A stretch of DNA of 63,999 nucleotides, counting the filler, from an uncultured bacterium (GTDB lineage: Bacteria; CAZSTA01): NCBI GenBank assembly GCA_964609495.1. It is 6 parts of 6 records of this genome, joined end to end, with 100 filler letters (N's around TTAATTAATTAA, not from the genome) between each part and the next. Parts side by side here need not be neighbours in the genome. Positions count along the whole stretch, not along the records: positions 34,856 to 46,205 come from CAZSTA010000114.1; positions 46,306 to 57,636 come from CAZSTA010000115.1; 4 more parts are not named here. One strand, written 5' to 3'. Positions 39,765 to 49,600 of this stretch are shown here, in pieces. A program made the translations under genes and the position numbers. Below the pieces are notes generated by a model. The model searched no databases and was not told the DNA's origin. It worked only from the letters and a program-made list of their open reading frames with translations. Numbering within the stretch: the first letter of the stretch is position 1; each line of letters begins with the position of its first letter.

Positions 39765-40592
39765 ATGATTGGTTTTATGCATCCAGAGGAAATCGCAGAA
39801 TATGTCGTAGGAATTAGTAAAAAGAAGTCCGAGCTTTGCATATTACCAACGGTGTTGCTTGGGATGCTTGCCGGGGTATATATTGGTTTTGGTGCTGAGC
39901 TAAGCACGATGGTTACCCACGACCTATCGAAATTCCTCGGGATAGGTTTCGCAAAGTTCATCGGGGGAAGTGTTTTTAGTGGGGGTCTGATGCTTGTCAT
40001 TATTGCTGGAGCTGAGCTTTTTACCGGAAATTGTTTGATTCTAGCCGGTGTCATGGCTCGCAATATTTCGGTGATAAGCATGCTCCGAAATTGGTCCTTT
40101 GTCTATTTTGCTAACTTCGCAGGGGCGATGTTACTCGTTATCATTATGTATTACAGTAACCTCTGGAAAACTGGGGACTTTGGAGTTGGTGCGGCGGCAC
40201 TCACAACTGCCGCGGGGAAGATGAACCTCTCCTTTCTAGAGGGTTTCTGTAGGGGGATCGGATGTAATTGGCTGGTCTGTCTGGCTGTTTGGATGTCTAT
40301 CGCTGGTAAGGACTCGGTGAGCAAGATTTTTGGAATTTATTTTCCTATTATGGCCTTCGTCGCCAGTGGTTTTGAGCACAGTGTGGCGAATATGTATTTT
40401 ATCCCAATGGGATTATTTCTCAAAGGAAATGCCGCCGTGGTTAATGCGGTGGGAGCCGAAACGATTAGTGGCCTTACCTGGTCAAAATTTCTTATCGGAA
40501 ATCTTATTCCTGTTACCTTAGGCAATATTGTTGGGGGAGCATTCTTTGTCGGAGGAATCTATTATTTAGCATATATCTGGAATCGCACCTAA
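39765..40592 (+). CDS. Formate/nitrite transporter (FdhC-like)
   Basis: GAELFTGN, CNWLVCLA, GFEHSVANM, LGNIVGG. Confidence 0.95.
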   Translation: MIGFMHPEEIAEYVVGISKKKSELCILPTVLLGMLAGVYIGFGAELSTMVTHDLSKFLGIGFAKFIGGSVFSGGLMLVIIAGAELFTGNCLILAGVMARNISVISMLRNWSFVYFANFAGAMLLVIIMYYSNLWKTGDFGVGAAALTTAAGKMNLSFLEGFCRGIGCNWLVCLAVWMSIAGKDSVSKIFGIYFPIMAFVASGFEHSVANMYFIPMGLFLKGNAAVVNAVGAETISGLTWSKFLIGNLIPVTLGNIVGGAFFVGGIYYLAYIWNRT

Positions 40593-40804
40593 AGATATTT
40601 AGGGTGGGAGGTCAGATTATAGGCGCAAAAGCTGTGCTAAATAAAGGTGATATCAGAGTTATGATCTTCTCCCCTTAATGCTATTCTTTATCTTCCTTCT
40701 TCTAAGGGAGATGTTCATAAAGAGGAGGTGGTAAAAAGAAGAAAAAAAGCTCAAAGCTGTTCTTTAGTAGCATAGAATATACTCTAAGATTAGGAGGGAC
40801 AAAT

Positions 40805-42190
40805 ATGAAAATTTCCAAGTGGGTTATCGCTGTAACAATCGTTGCTCTGTTGGTGAGTATGCCATTGGTGAGCTTTGCTAAAGGCAAAGTAGTAATTTGG
40901 GGATTGAACATTGCTACTCCCGGCCAGGCTAAAGGTCAATATGAGGCCTTCGTAAAGGCTAGACCTGATATCGAATTAGTTCCCGAGGCGATGGTCATCG
41001 GTGAGGGTTTCGGGGGAAAGCGAGCGATGAAGCTAGTTACCGCTATAGCCGCCGGGACTGCCCCCGATGTGGTCAATTTGAACAGGCCTTGGATCCAGAC
41101 CTGGGGATCAAGAGGAGTTCTCAGCTCCCTCAATGATTATATCGAGCGAGATAGCTTATCCTTCGAGGATAACTTCGAAGCTTTTGTCAAGGATGTCACC
41201 TGGGAGGGAAATATCTATGCTATGCCTATGGGCACTGATGATAGGGAGCTAGGATGGAATGTGGATCTTTTCGAGGCGGTGGGCCTTGATCCTAGCAAAG
41301 CTCCCGAAACTTGGGATGATATGCTGGAGTATGCTGAGAAGCTCACCCTCTATGATGATAAGGGTGATCTGAAACAAGTCGGCTTCTTCCGTAGGTATGC
41401 CGATGGTATGTATAGCTGGATGTGGGCCGCCGGAGCTCGCATTATGTCCGATGATAAAAGAAAGGTTTTGATTAATCAGCCGAGGAATGTGGAGACCTTG
41501 GAGTGGTTTACAGAGTTGCTCGATGCGTGTGGTGGTGCTGAATTATCCGCGGCTATGGCTTCAACTTATGAGACCGGGACCCCTGATGATCCGTTTGGGA
41601 CGGGTAAATATGCGATGGCGATCTTGGGAAGCTGGGAAGTCAACGCTGCAGCCCGCTTCTGGCCGAAGGATATGAGCTGGAACTCCGGGAGAACCCCCAC
41701 CCCCGAACCAGGGATGCCTCGTATCACCTGGGCAGGTGGATGGACCTGGGTTATACCTAGAGGAGTTGATAATCCCGAGGGGGCTTGGGAGGTAATCAAA
41801 TGGCTGGTGAGCGAAGAGTCTTATATGGCTGGAGCAGAGGCGGAGAACGCCTATAACCAAAGTATAGGCCGTATCTATGTTCCCGGCTATACTACTTGGA
41901 AGTCCATTGATAAAGCCCTACGAGATAAATACAGACCCGCCCTAGAGGAGTATGATCCCAAAGTTGCCGAGGCTTACGATAGGTATTATAATCTGTGGAG
42001 CGAGGCTATCGTCTATACCATTCCCGCCAGTCCCGTAGGAGCTATCCTTTGGGATGAGCTGGTGAGAGCTACTGACGATGGTGTATATCATAGGAAGAGC
42101 GCTAAGGAAGCTCTGGATGAGTCCGCTAACAAGATCCAGGCTGAGCTGGACGAGTTCTTCGCTGAGTATGATAAAGCTCACGGAAAGTAG
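40805..42190 (+). CDS. Sugar ABC transporter substrate-binding protein (CUT1)
   Basis: Signal peptide; AAGTAPDV, G.IYAMP, PETWDD, AWEVIKWL. Confidence 0.9.
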   Translation: MKISKWVIAVTIVALLVSMPLVSFAKGKVVIWGLNIATPGQAKGQYEAFVKARPDIELVPEAMVIGEGFGGKRAMKLVTAIAAGTAPDVVNLNRPWIQTWGSRGVLSSLNDYIERDSLSFEDNFEAFVKDVTWEGNIYAMPMGTDDRELGWNVDLFEAVGLDPSKAPETWDDMLEYAEKLTLYDDKGDLKQVGFFRRYADGMYSWMWAAGARIMSDDKRKVLINQPRNVETLEWFTELLDACGGAELSAAMASTYETGTPDDPFGTGKYAMAILGSWEVNAAARFWPKDMSWNSGRTPTPEPGMPRITWAGGWTWVIPRGVDNPEGAWEVIKWLVSEESYMAGAEAENAYNQSIGRIYVPGYTTWKSIDKALRDKYRPALEEYDPKVAEAYDRYYNLWSEAIVYTIPASPVGAILWDELVRATDDGVYHRKSAKEALDESANKIQAELDEFFAEYDKAHGK

Positions 42191-42200
42191 TCAAATTCAA

Positions 42201-42238
42201 TATAACCTCCACCCCTCTTTTGAGGGATGGAGGTTATA
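42201..42238 (+). terminator. Hairpin after the binding-protein gene
   Basis: TATAACCTCCA...TGGAGGTTATA. Confidence 0.65.
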
Positions 42239-42333
42239 GTTTCGCTTACTATTTGGTTTCTGAACTTCTAAACGGTAATATGAAGTATAGACTATATCAA
42301 ATTCTTAGTTTTCGCTAGGGAGTTCAAGATATA

Positions 42334-42446
42334 ATTCCCCCCTCACCCTATCCCTCTCCCACGAGGGGAGAGGGAACATCGAGATAGAGCTGATCTCTTT
42401 AGTTTCCCCCTCCCTTGATGGGAGGGGGTTAGGGGGAGGGTGATTC
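42334..42446. repeat. REP/REPIN-like double-palindrome element
   Basis: Reverse complement of 8551-8660, including a similar spacer. Confidence 0.85.
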
Positions 42447-42534
42447 AGAATGGCTTCGAGATCTGACACAAGAGAAAAATCTTCAATAGTCCTATTAATT
42501 CGGCAAAAACCAAATTAAAGAGGGAGGAAGAGAA

Positions 42535-43440
42535 ATGGCTCATAAGAGAAAAAGTCGTATGGCTCGTTCTGAGACTAAGGCTGCTTGGTTATTCGCCTCT
42601 CCTTGGATAATAGGCTTTATAATATTCACCTTGGGACCTATTGTCGCCTCTTTAGTATTAAGTTTAACTAAATATGAGATCTTTGCTGCGCCTAAGTATA
42701 TAGGCTTTAAAAATTATCAAACTTTGTTTTTTAGGGACAAACTGTTTATCAAGTCATTATACAACACCTTTTATATCACAGTGATAGGAGTCCCTCTGGG
42801 GGTGATAACCGGACTATCCATAGCCTTGCTCCTGAATATGAAGATAAGGGGAATGAGCTGGTATAGAACGATCTACTATCTTCCCGCTATAGTTCCCATT
42901 GTCGCTAGTTCGATACTGTGGAAGTGGATATTCAGGCCTCAAGTTGGTCTTATGAACTATGTGCTATCATGGTTTGGGATCAGAGGACCTATGTGGTTAG
43001 GAAGCATAGCTTGGGCTAAACCAGCTATAATCATTATGCAGACTTGGGCGGCTGGGGCAACTATGATAATTTATCTAGCAGGTCTTAAGGGGATCCCGGT
43101 CCAACTCTATGAATCCGCTGAGATAGATGGGGCTAGCTGGTTTCATAAATTCATACACATCACCCTGCCTATGATTACCCCAACTCTATTCTTCACTACG
43201 GTAATGGGAATGATCGGTTCTTTTCAGATATTCGCCCAAGCTTTCTTTATGACTCAAGGAGGTCCTGCAGATTCCACTCTATTCTATGTTTATTATCTCT
43301 TCAACAATGCCTTCGCCTATTTCAAGATGGGATATGCCTCGGCGATGGCTTGGATATTATTTTGGATAATACTTATCCTCACTCTACTCCAATTAAGTTT
43401 AGCCCGATACTGGGTCTATTACGAAGCCCCAGAGAGATAA
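42535..43440 (+). CDS. Sugar ABC transporter permease
   Basis: LAGLKGIP.QLYESAEIDGA EAA loop; MGYASAMAW. Confidence 0.95.
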   Translation: MAHKRKSRMARSETKAAWLFASPWIIGFIIFTLGPIVASLVLSLTKYEIFAAPKYIGFKNYQTLFFRDKLFIKSLYNTFYITVIGVPLGVITGLSIALLLNMKIRGMSWYRTIYYLPAIVPIVASSILWKWIFRPQVGLMNYVLSWFGIRGPMWLGSIAWAKPAIIIMQTWAAGATMIIYLAGLKGIPVQLYESAEIDGASWFHKFIHITLPMITPTLFFTTVMGMIGSFQIFAQAFFMTQGGPADSTLFYVYYLFNNAFAYFKMGYASAMAWILFWIILILTLLQLSLARYWVYYEAPER

Positions 43441-43455
43441 AGGAGGCTTTATCTA

Positions 43456-44340
43456 GTGAACGAGACAAGGAGTACGTCAAAGAGTCTAGCTAAGGGATGG
43501 AGGATGAGAAAGAAGACCAGGGTTTTTATAGGCCATTTTATAGCTCATATAGTTCTAATTATGGGAAGTATAGTATTCTTCTTCCCCTTCTTTTGGCTAC
43601 TTACCTCATCCTTAAAACTAGAAAGGCAGATGTTTCTCTATCCTCCTAAACTAATTCCCAATCCGATAGTGTGGAATAACTATGTAAGAATGGTAACCTA
43701 CCTTCCTTTCTTCTCCTTTCTTAGAAATACCGTCTATGTAACCGTCCTTTGTGTGATTGGGTCAGTTTTATCCTCCTCCTTAGTAGCCTATCCTTTTGCT
43801 CGGTTGAGGTGGTCGGGGAGGAACGTTCTCTTCATCGTCCTGTTAAGCACTATGATGTTACCCCCTCAGGTAACTTTGATCCCTCAATATCTAATATTTA
43901 AATATCTGGGTTGGTTAGATACGCTCAAACCCCTTTGGGTATGGTCTTTCTTTGGAGTCCCCTTCTATATATTTCTCCTTCGCCAGTTCTATATGACTAT
44001 CCCTTATGAGCTGGAGGATGCGGCTAAGATAGATGGATGTAGCTACTTCGGTATATATTGGAGGATACTATTACCTCTGATTAAGCCTGCTCTGGCTACA
44101 GTGGCGATCTTCAGCTTTATGGGAGCTTGGAATAACTTCATTGGGCCTCTAGTTTATATCAACTCGGTGAATAAGATGACCCTAGCTTTAGGTCTCAATC
44201 TCTTCCGAAATCAGTTTGGTGGCGAATGGGCTCTCCTTATGGCGGCTGCTACCTCGATGACTCTGCCGGTTGTTATCCTCTTCTTCTTCTGCCAGAGATA
44301 CTTCATCCAGGGGATAACTTTAACCGGATTAAAAGGGTAG
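43456..44340 (+). CDS. Sugar ABC transporter permease
   Basis: IP.ELEDAAKIDG, WNNF.GPL, FIQGI..TGLKG. Confidence 0.95.
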   Translation: MNETRSTSKSLAKGWRMRKKTRVFIGHFIAHIVLIMGSIVFFFPFFWLLTSSLKLERQMFLYPPKLIPNPIVWNNYVRMVTYLPFFSFLRNTVYVTVLCVIGSVLSSSLVAYPFARLRWSGRNVLFIVLLSTMMLPPQVTLIPQYLIFKYLGWLDTLKPLWVWSFFGVPFYIFLLRQFYMTIPYELEDAAKIDGCSYFGIYWRILLPLIKPALATVAIFSFMGAWNNFIGPLVYINSVNKMTLALGLNLFRNQFGGEWALLMAAATSMTLPVVILFFFCQRYFIQGITLTGLKG

Positions 44341-44568
44341 ACTTTTGGAGATGCTAAACTGAGAACTCCATCTCTAAGCGGAATTAAGTCTATACTTCAT
44401 ATAAGCTCTGCATATTTTTGAGCTGAAGAAGGATATGTGTAACAAATCCTGCAGAAATTCTTATTAATATATAAATGAGTTGGGCGAAATTGGCCACTTA
44501 TCTAGAATTATGTGAGTCAAAACAAGCGTCTATTCATTCAGAAAAAAATATTAATAGGAGGTGCGAAG

Positions 44569-45006
44569 ATGATAAAAAGAATTTCCCTGTATGTTCTGGC
44601 GATTGTTGTGCTTGCGATGATGGCGATAGGTGGGACGTGCACGTCTCCTGATGGAGGAGCTAAGCCAGACTTGATAGTGCAAAGCATTGACGATATTGAT
44701 GTAACCTGTACTACCAGTGGCTGCACCACTACCGTGACTGTCACCATTAAGAACATCGGGACAGCCAACGCTGGCCTGTTCAAGGTTCGTGTTAAAGCCG
44801 ACCCAGATCAGGCAGTATATAGGGGAGAGGCAGGCGTCACGGAGCTTGCCGCTGGCGCAACAAAAGTACTCACAATAACGACTACTCCTGCCGGTCCCAA
44901 CTGCTACAATCCTGACTGCACGGTGTGCGTCGAGGTGGATATAAGAAATGATGTGAGCGAATCCAACGAGGCAAACAACGAGAAGTGCGAGACCGAGATC
45001 GGATAG
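44569..45006 (+). CDS. CARDB (Ig-like) domain lipoprotein, cassette 1
   Basis: AGGAGG SD, signal peptide ending GGTC, PDLIV...KNIG...LAAG...V.ESNE.NN. Confidence 0.82.
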   Translation: MIKRISLYVLAIVVLAMMAIGGTCTSPDGGAKPDLIVQSIDDIDVTCTTSGCTTTVTVTIKNIGTANAGLFKVRVKADPDQAVYRGEAGVTELAAGATKVLTITTTPAGPNCYNPDCTVCVEVDIRNDVSESNEANNEKCETEIG

Positions 45007-45092
45007 CCAGAGTTGGCCTGCACACTAGTCGGTGCCTCGATCGTTGACTATACCCATCTTCTGGGAAACTAGAACAGTGGTGGCTGATTTTC

Positions 45093-45184
45093 ATCTAACA
45101 CGGGCTTCGCGGCGGGGCGCACACAGTGCCCTGCCCAACCCCCCCGCTTTGCTCAGGGCTTCGCAAAGCCCGAAATCGTTAGGC
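45093..45184 (+). mobile_element. Integron attC-like recombination site (92 bp)
   Basis: R'' ATCTAAC (RYYYAAC), R' GTTAGGC (GTTRRRY); inner arms CGGGCTTCGCG / CGCAAAGCCCG. Confidence 0.72.
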
Positions 45185-45619
45185 AAAAAGGAGAAATTCC
45201 AATTACTCATATTGCTGACGACGAGGAATAAAAGATTTCCCAAATTCGCTTACGGCGGACTTCTTTAAACTCAACTTTGGTAGATAACTCACCTATTCGG
45301 TGAGCATTCATATATATTATCCTAGACCAAAGGTAAGATAAGATTCTACTATAACCCAACTTTGACAGTTACGCGACTTTAAAAATGTTGTTATAATCAT
45401 CGTCTTCAAGGTTTACAAAATTTTAAGTAATTCCAAGTAAATACTTTGTTAATCTCAGATCTCGCCCTATCCAGAGGGATTTATATCTGAACTTTGCATA
45501 TGAATGAGTTAGACGGAATCGGCCACTTGTGATTGAGAGCCTATCCTAGAATTAAGTGAGTCGAAACAAACGTCTGTTCATTCAGAAGAACCAATGTTAT
45601 GTTAACAGGAGGTGCGAAG

Positions 45620-46045
45620 ATGATAAAAAAACTTTTCCTAATCGTAGCGATTCTTGTGCTCGCGTTTGTGATAACAGGTGGGGTATGCACCGAGCCTTCT
45701 AAGCCAGACTTGATAGTGCAAAGCATTGACAACATTGATGTAGCCCCTGGTCCCAGCGGAGGCTTTTTTACTACCGTGACTTTCACAATTGCCAACATTG
45801 GAGCGGCCAACGCTGGCCCGTTCAAGGTTAGCGTTATGGTCGAACCGGCTCCGGATAAAAAAGCAGCTACGGCAGACGTCACGGGGCTTGCCGCCGGTGC
45901 AACAAAGCAACTCTCAGTGACTCAGCCTACAAGTTCCAACTGCTATGATCCTGACTGCACTGTGTGCGTCATGGTGGATTCAGCAGGTGATGTGGGCGAA
46001 CCCAACGAGATAAACAACGAGAAGTGCGAGACCAAGGAGGGATAG
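45620..46045 (+). CDS. CARDB domain lipoprotein, cassette 2 (paralog of 44569-45006)
   Basis: Same SD context; KPDLIVQSID, NCY.PDCTVCV and NNEKCET shared with the paralog. Confidence 0.82.
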   Translation: MIKKLFLIVAILVLAFVITGGVCTEPSKPDLIVQSIDNIDVAPGPSGGFFTTVTFTIANIGAANAGPFKVSVMVEPAPDKKAATADVTGLAAGATKQLSVTQPTSSNCYDPDCTVCVMVDSAGDVGEPNEINNEKCETKEG

Positions 46046-46126
46046 CTAGTCGGCCTGAACACTAGTCGGTGCCTGGATCGTTGACTATGCCTGTCTTCTG
46101 GGAAAGTAGAACAATGGCTGACTTTC

Positions 46127-46205
46127 GTCTAACACAGACTTTGCGGCGGGGCGCACACAGCGCTCCGCCTAAACCATTCGCTTTGCTCAGGGCTTCGCAA
46201 AGCCC
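46127..46205 (+). mobile_element. Second attC-like site, truncated by the contig end
   Basis: R'' GTCTAAC, then GCGGCGGGGCGCACACAG...CGCTTTGCTCAGGGCTTCGCAAAGCCC shared with the first site. Confidence 0.68.
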
Positions 46206-46305
46206 NNNNNNNNNNNNNNNNNNNNNNNNNNNNNNNNNNNNNNNNNNNNTTAATTAATTAANNNNNNNNNNNNNNNNNNNNNNNNNNNNNNNNNNNNNNN
46301 NNNNN
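46206..46305. other. Artificial contig linker
   Basis: N44-TTAATTAATTAA-N44. Confidence 0.98.
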
Positions 46306-46306
46306 T

Positions 46307-46576
46307 TACTCTCCCGAAGAGGAGTTTTGCACCCCTTATCATGGCTTGACCGTCTATAGCGGAACGAAGGAATGGCGTTGGAAGGGAAAGAACTCTGTGT
46401 ATCGCTTCCATATCGAAGATCCCATCTATTTTGAGAAATCGATCAAGGTTACGATAGAGCATGGGCATGCGAATAACCTATCTAATGATTACTCAAGCAC
46501 CGCCTATTGGTATCAGACCGAGCCGCATAAACCCTTCCCCCCGATGTTGCCAGTGAAGGATAGATTACCTAGATAA
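46307..46576 (+). CDS. DUF2961 / GH172-like protein, C-terminal fragment
   Basis: PYHG, YRFHIEDPIYF.KSIKVTIEHGH.N...DYSSTAYWYQ.EPH. Confidence 0.88.
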   Translation, partial: YSPEEEFCTPYHGLTVYSGTKEWRWKGKNSVYRFHIEDPIYFEKSIKVTIEHGHANNLSNDYSSTAYWYQTEPHKPFPPMLPVKDRLPR

Positions 46577-46674
46577 GACTGGTAGATCGGGGAGGGCATA
46601 GGAATTAGGAGACTCCTCTCAAGGTTTTCCAATCTCGGAGAAGGAGAGGGGTCTTCAACTTAATATCAAGGAGG

Positions 46675-49600
46675 ATGATGATTTGCGATATGGACGATAA
46701 TACCAAGTTTCAGGAATCATTTCAACTTATGCTCGAAGCTGAAAAGATGATCTCAACTATCAAATTAGCGATGGAGGATCAGGGACAAAGCAAAATTCTT
46801 TCCTCGCTAGATGTTGAGTGGAGCGAATTGATAGGGGCTTTCGAGGAAGGGCGCAAGAATATGCGTTTCCTCAGATCTAATGAAGCTAAACCCTTCTTCG
46901 ATAAAGCTTTGCAGAGAGGTGAAGCGCTGATCTTAAAGTTCGATTCTCTACCCCCTAGAGTTGATTATTCGGCAGTCGAATTTGAGGAGGATTATGTTGA
47001 ATTTGAGGAAGCTCCGCTCGATAGACGATGGTGGGGAGATGGTGATAAGTGGCGGTGGCGCATCCCTTTGACGATCGGGAATCTCGGCGAGGTGAAGAGA
47101 GGTGATCTTCCAATAACGCTCAATTTGGCGGAGATCCCAGATCACAATAGGTATAATTGGGAGACTCTCCGAGTAGTTGACCAGTCAGTCAGCAGTGGAG
47201 AAGCGTCCTCTGGACATAGAGAGCTTCCTTATCAGCTCGAGGGAGATGAATTGATCTTCCAAGTCGATCTGCCTCCTAGAGGAAAAAAGAAAGTTTATCT
47301 TTACCTCTCCGATAGCGAAGTCCCTGCGGTTAAATATAAGTCCGAGTTATCGGCAATCCAAAAGGATGGATCGGTTGTATTGGAGAATAGATATTTCAAA
47401 TGGGATCTGCTTAGAGGGGATAAGGGATTAGCCTTTAAGGGAGAAGAGGAGCGTTGGATCGGGAGCAAAGAATACTTAAAATGGTGCGCCATAGAGGAAG
47501 GGGAATTGAAAGAACCTCGAAAGATAATGATTGAGGGGGTTGAGGTGGGCCCCGTCCGAGCCAGCGCCCTCCTTAGAGCTAAATTCGAGAATTTTGCTGC
47601 CTATGCCAAAGTTCAAATCTATGCAGGATCGAGGTTGATCCATATCAACTATTGGGGTGATAGGACGATAGATTCGGGGAAGATGTTGCTGACCTGGTGC
47701 TTCGCTCTACATCCAGAAGGAACGAGATATTTTGTATCAGGGATGTTCAATCGTCCTGCCTCCGAGTTTGAGGAGGATGAGACGATCGGTTTTCTTCCTA
47801 CGGATGCTCATCTCTTCTGGAATGATAGAACTGTTCAGGTTATCACCTCCCGTATGGTAGCTTTGGCGGAGATGTTCGAGGATAAAACTGTAGCCTATGT
47901 CTATGATAATTGGGATTTGTATCAGAAGGTAAGGAGAGGAGGTATCGAATCCCATATCAGGAAGGATGATATTGTTCAATATGAGCTTCCTCCCTCCGAT
48001 CAGATTTGGCTGGGAAATAAGGAGCGACAGGGGATAGGTGGTATCCTTCCCGTTGACGATCATCCCAGATGCGGATATATTCTCTTCTCTTATAAGGGGC
48101 TCGAGGATATCGAGAGAGTCCAACAGGAGTTGAAGTATCTACCGATCTCCGTTCCCGGTGAATGGGAGCGAAGATGCGGCAAGAAAGTGGCAGTTTCTCC
48201 TCGAGTTTTAGATCTCCTTCGCCTGGATAAGCAACGAGAGGATATCGAATTATCTTCCTTGGGGGAAGAAGCCGAGGTTAAGATCTCAGTTGCCGGAGAA
48301 TTAGACGGGGTAGAGCTGGAGTTATCCACTTCTGAATTGAAATTAGCCGCTAATAGTGCGACCGAAGTATCGCTCTATGCAACCGTTACGGGAGAACAGC
48401 CCGCGGGAACAAAGCAGGAGACAACGATGAAGATAGAAGTTGAAGGGGATTCGATAGATATTCCGCTAACTTTCACTTGGTATAAGCCTATTTACTACAA
48501 CTGGATACCCTTCTCCAACTATCTATACGCGGCCTTCAGGGATGAGTGGTTGAGCCACCTAATGGATAGAACTTATCTGCCCTGCCTTACGCCTTATAAG
48601 AGATTCCCCGAGGGTAAATATGACTTCGCCTCCACTGGCTTGACTATGGAGTTGATAGCTAAGGATGCTCCCCATATCTATAGCCTCCTCTATGAGCTGA
48701 TAGCTAGAGGTCAAATAATCATTGATATTAATACTTACTCCCCAGATACCTCTTGGTTCCTTCCCGAGGGACTTTATCGCCTGGCGCTGGAAAAATCGCT
48801 ATCCACTGTGGCAAGATACTATAGCTTCCTACCGAAGGGTTGTTGGCCCCCAGAAGTGATGATGATGCCCTCCGAACCTGATACGCTCCAAAGTGTAGGT
48901 TTCGACTACTATGTTGGCTTCAATACCTATCGCCCTCTCACCGTCCTCAAGGGTATAGATGGAGGAGGGATATTGAGCGCAGGGGAGAAGACCGATCTTA
49001 TTCCTATTAACAGCTTGATAGGAGTTTGGACCCGGGAAGTCATCAAGAGCAAGGAGGAAGCCCTGGAATACTTTGAGAAATTGGAGAAGTGGCTGCTCGA
49101 ACAACCTAGGGACCACTTCTATTACAACGGTGGGATGATCGACACCGAAGGAGCGTATCGCATCGCTGAGCAAGTTCTAACTTGGACCCTAGAGGCTATA
49201 CGCGAGCTTCCTTATGTTCGCTGTTCGACGATGATCGACTATATCAATAAATTCTCCCCCGTAGAGGAAAAGAAAGCTGATTGGATATATGTATGTGGTA
49301 ATGGGTTTATTCACTCTGGCTCTCCTCAAGATTTAGAGTTAAACGCTCAGAATCAACGTTTCTATGAGAAGATGTTTGCTATCGAGAAGCTCTTGGATAT
49401 ATCAGGCGACGAGGTAGAATCTCCGTTTCTATACTCTTTATACGCTAAAGCATGGCACGAGCTATTCCTGATAAGCTCAACGGAAACGAGGGGGTATTCG
49501 CCTTCTCCTGCTAGGGTCTATTACGGATACCAGCGGACGATCCGGGGCGAACTTTATGCCGATACGCTCTTAAATCTTCTGACTGCGAAATATATGAGAA

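Noticed and set aside
45032-45268. 78-aa ORF with an apparent paralog at 46069
   Set aside because: No SD, and it runs through the attC-like site; similarity follows from the DNA duplication. One frame-preserving 3-nt indel is not enough to support coding.
45362-45397. TTGACA...TATAAT as a consensus promoter
   Set aside because: The spacer is 24 bp, too long; only the extended -10 is plausible.
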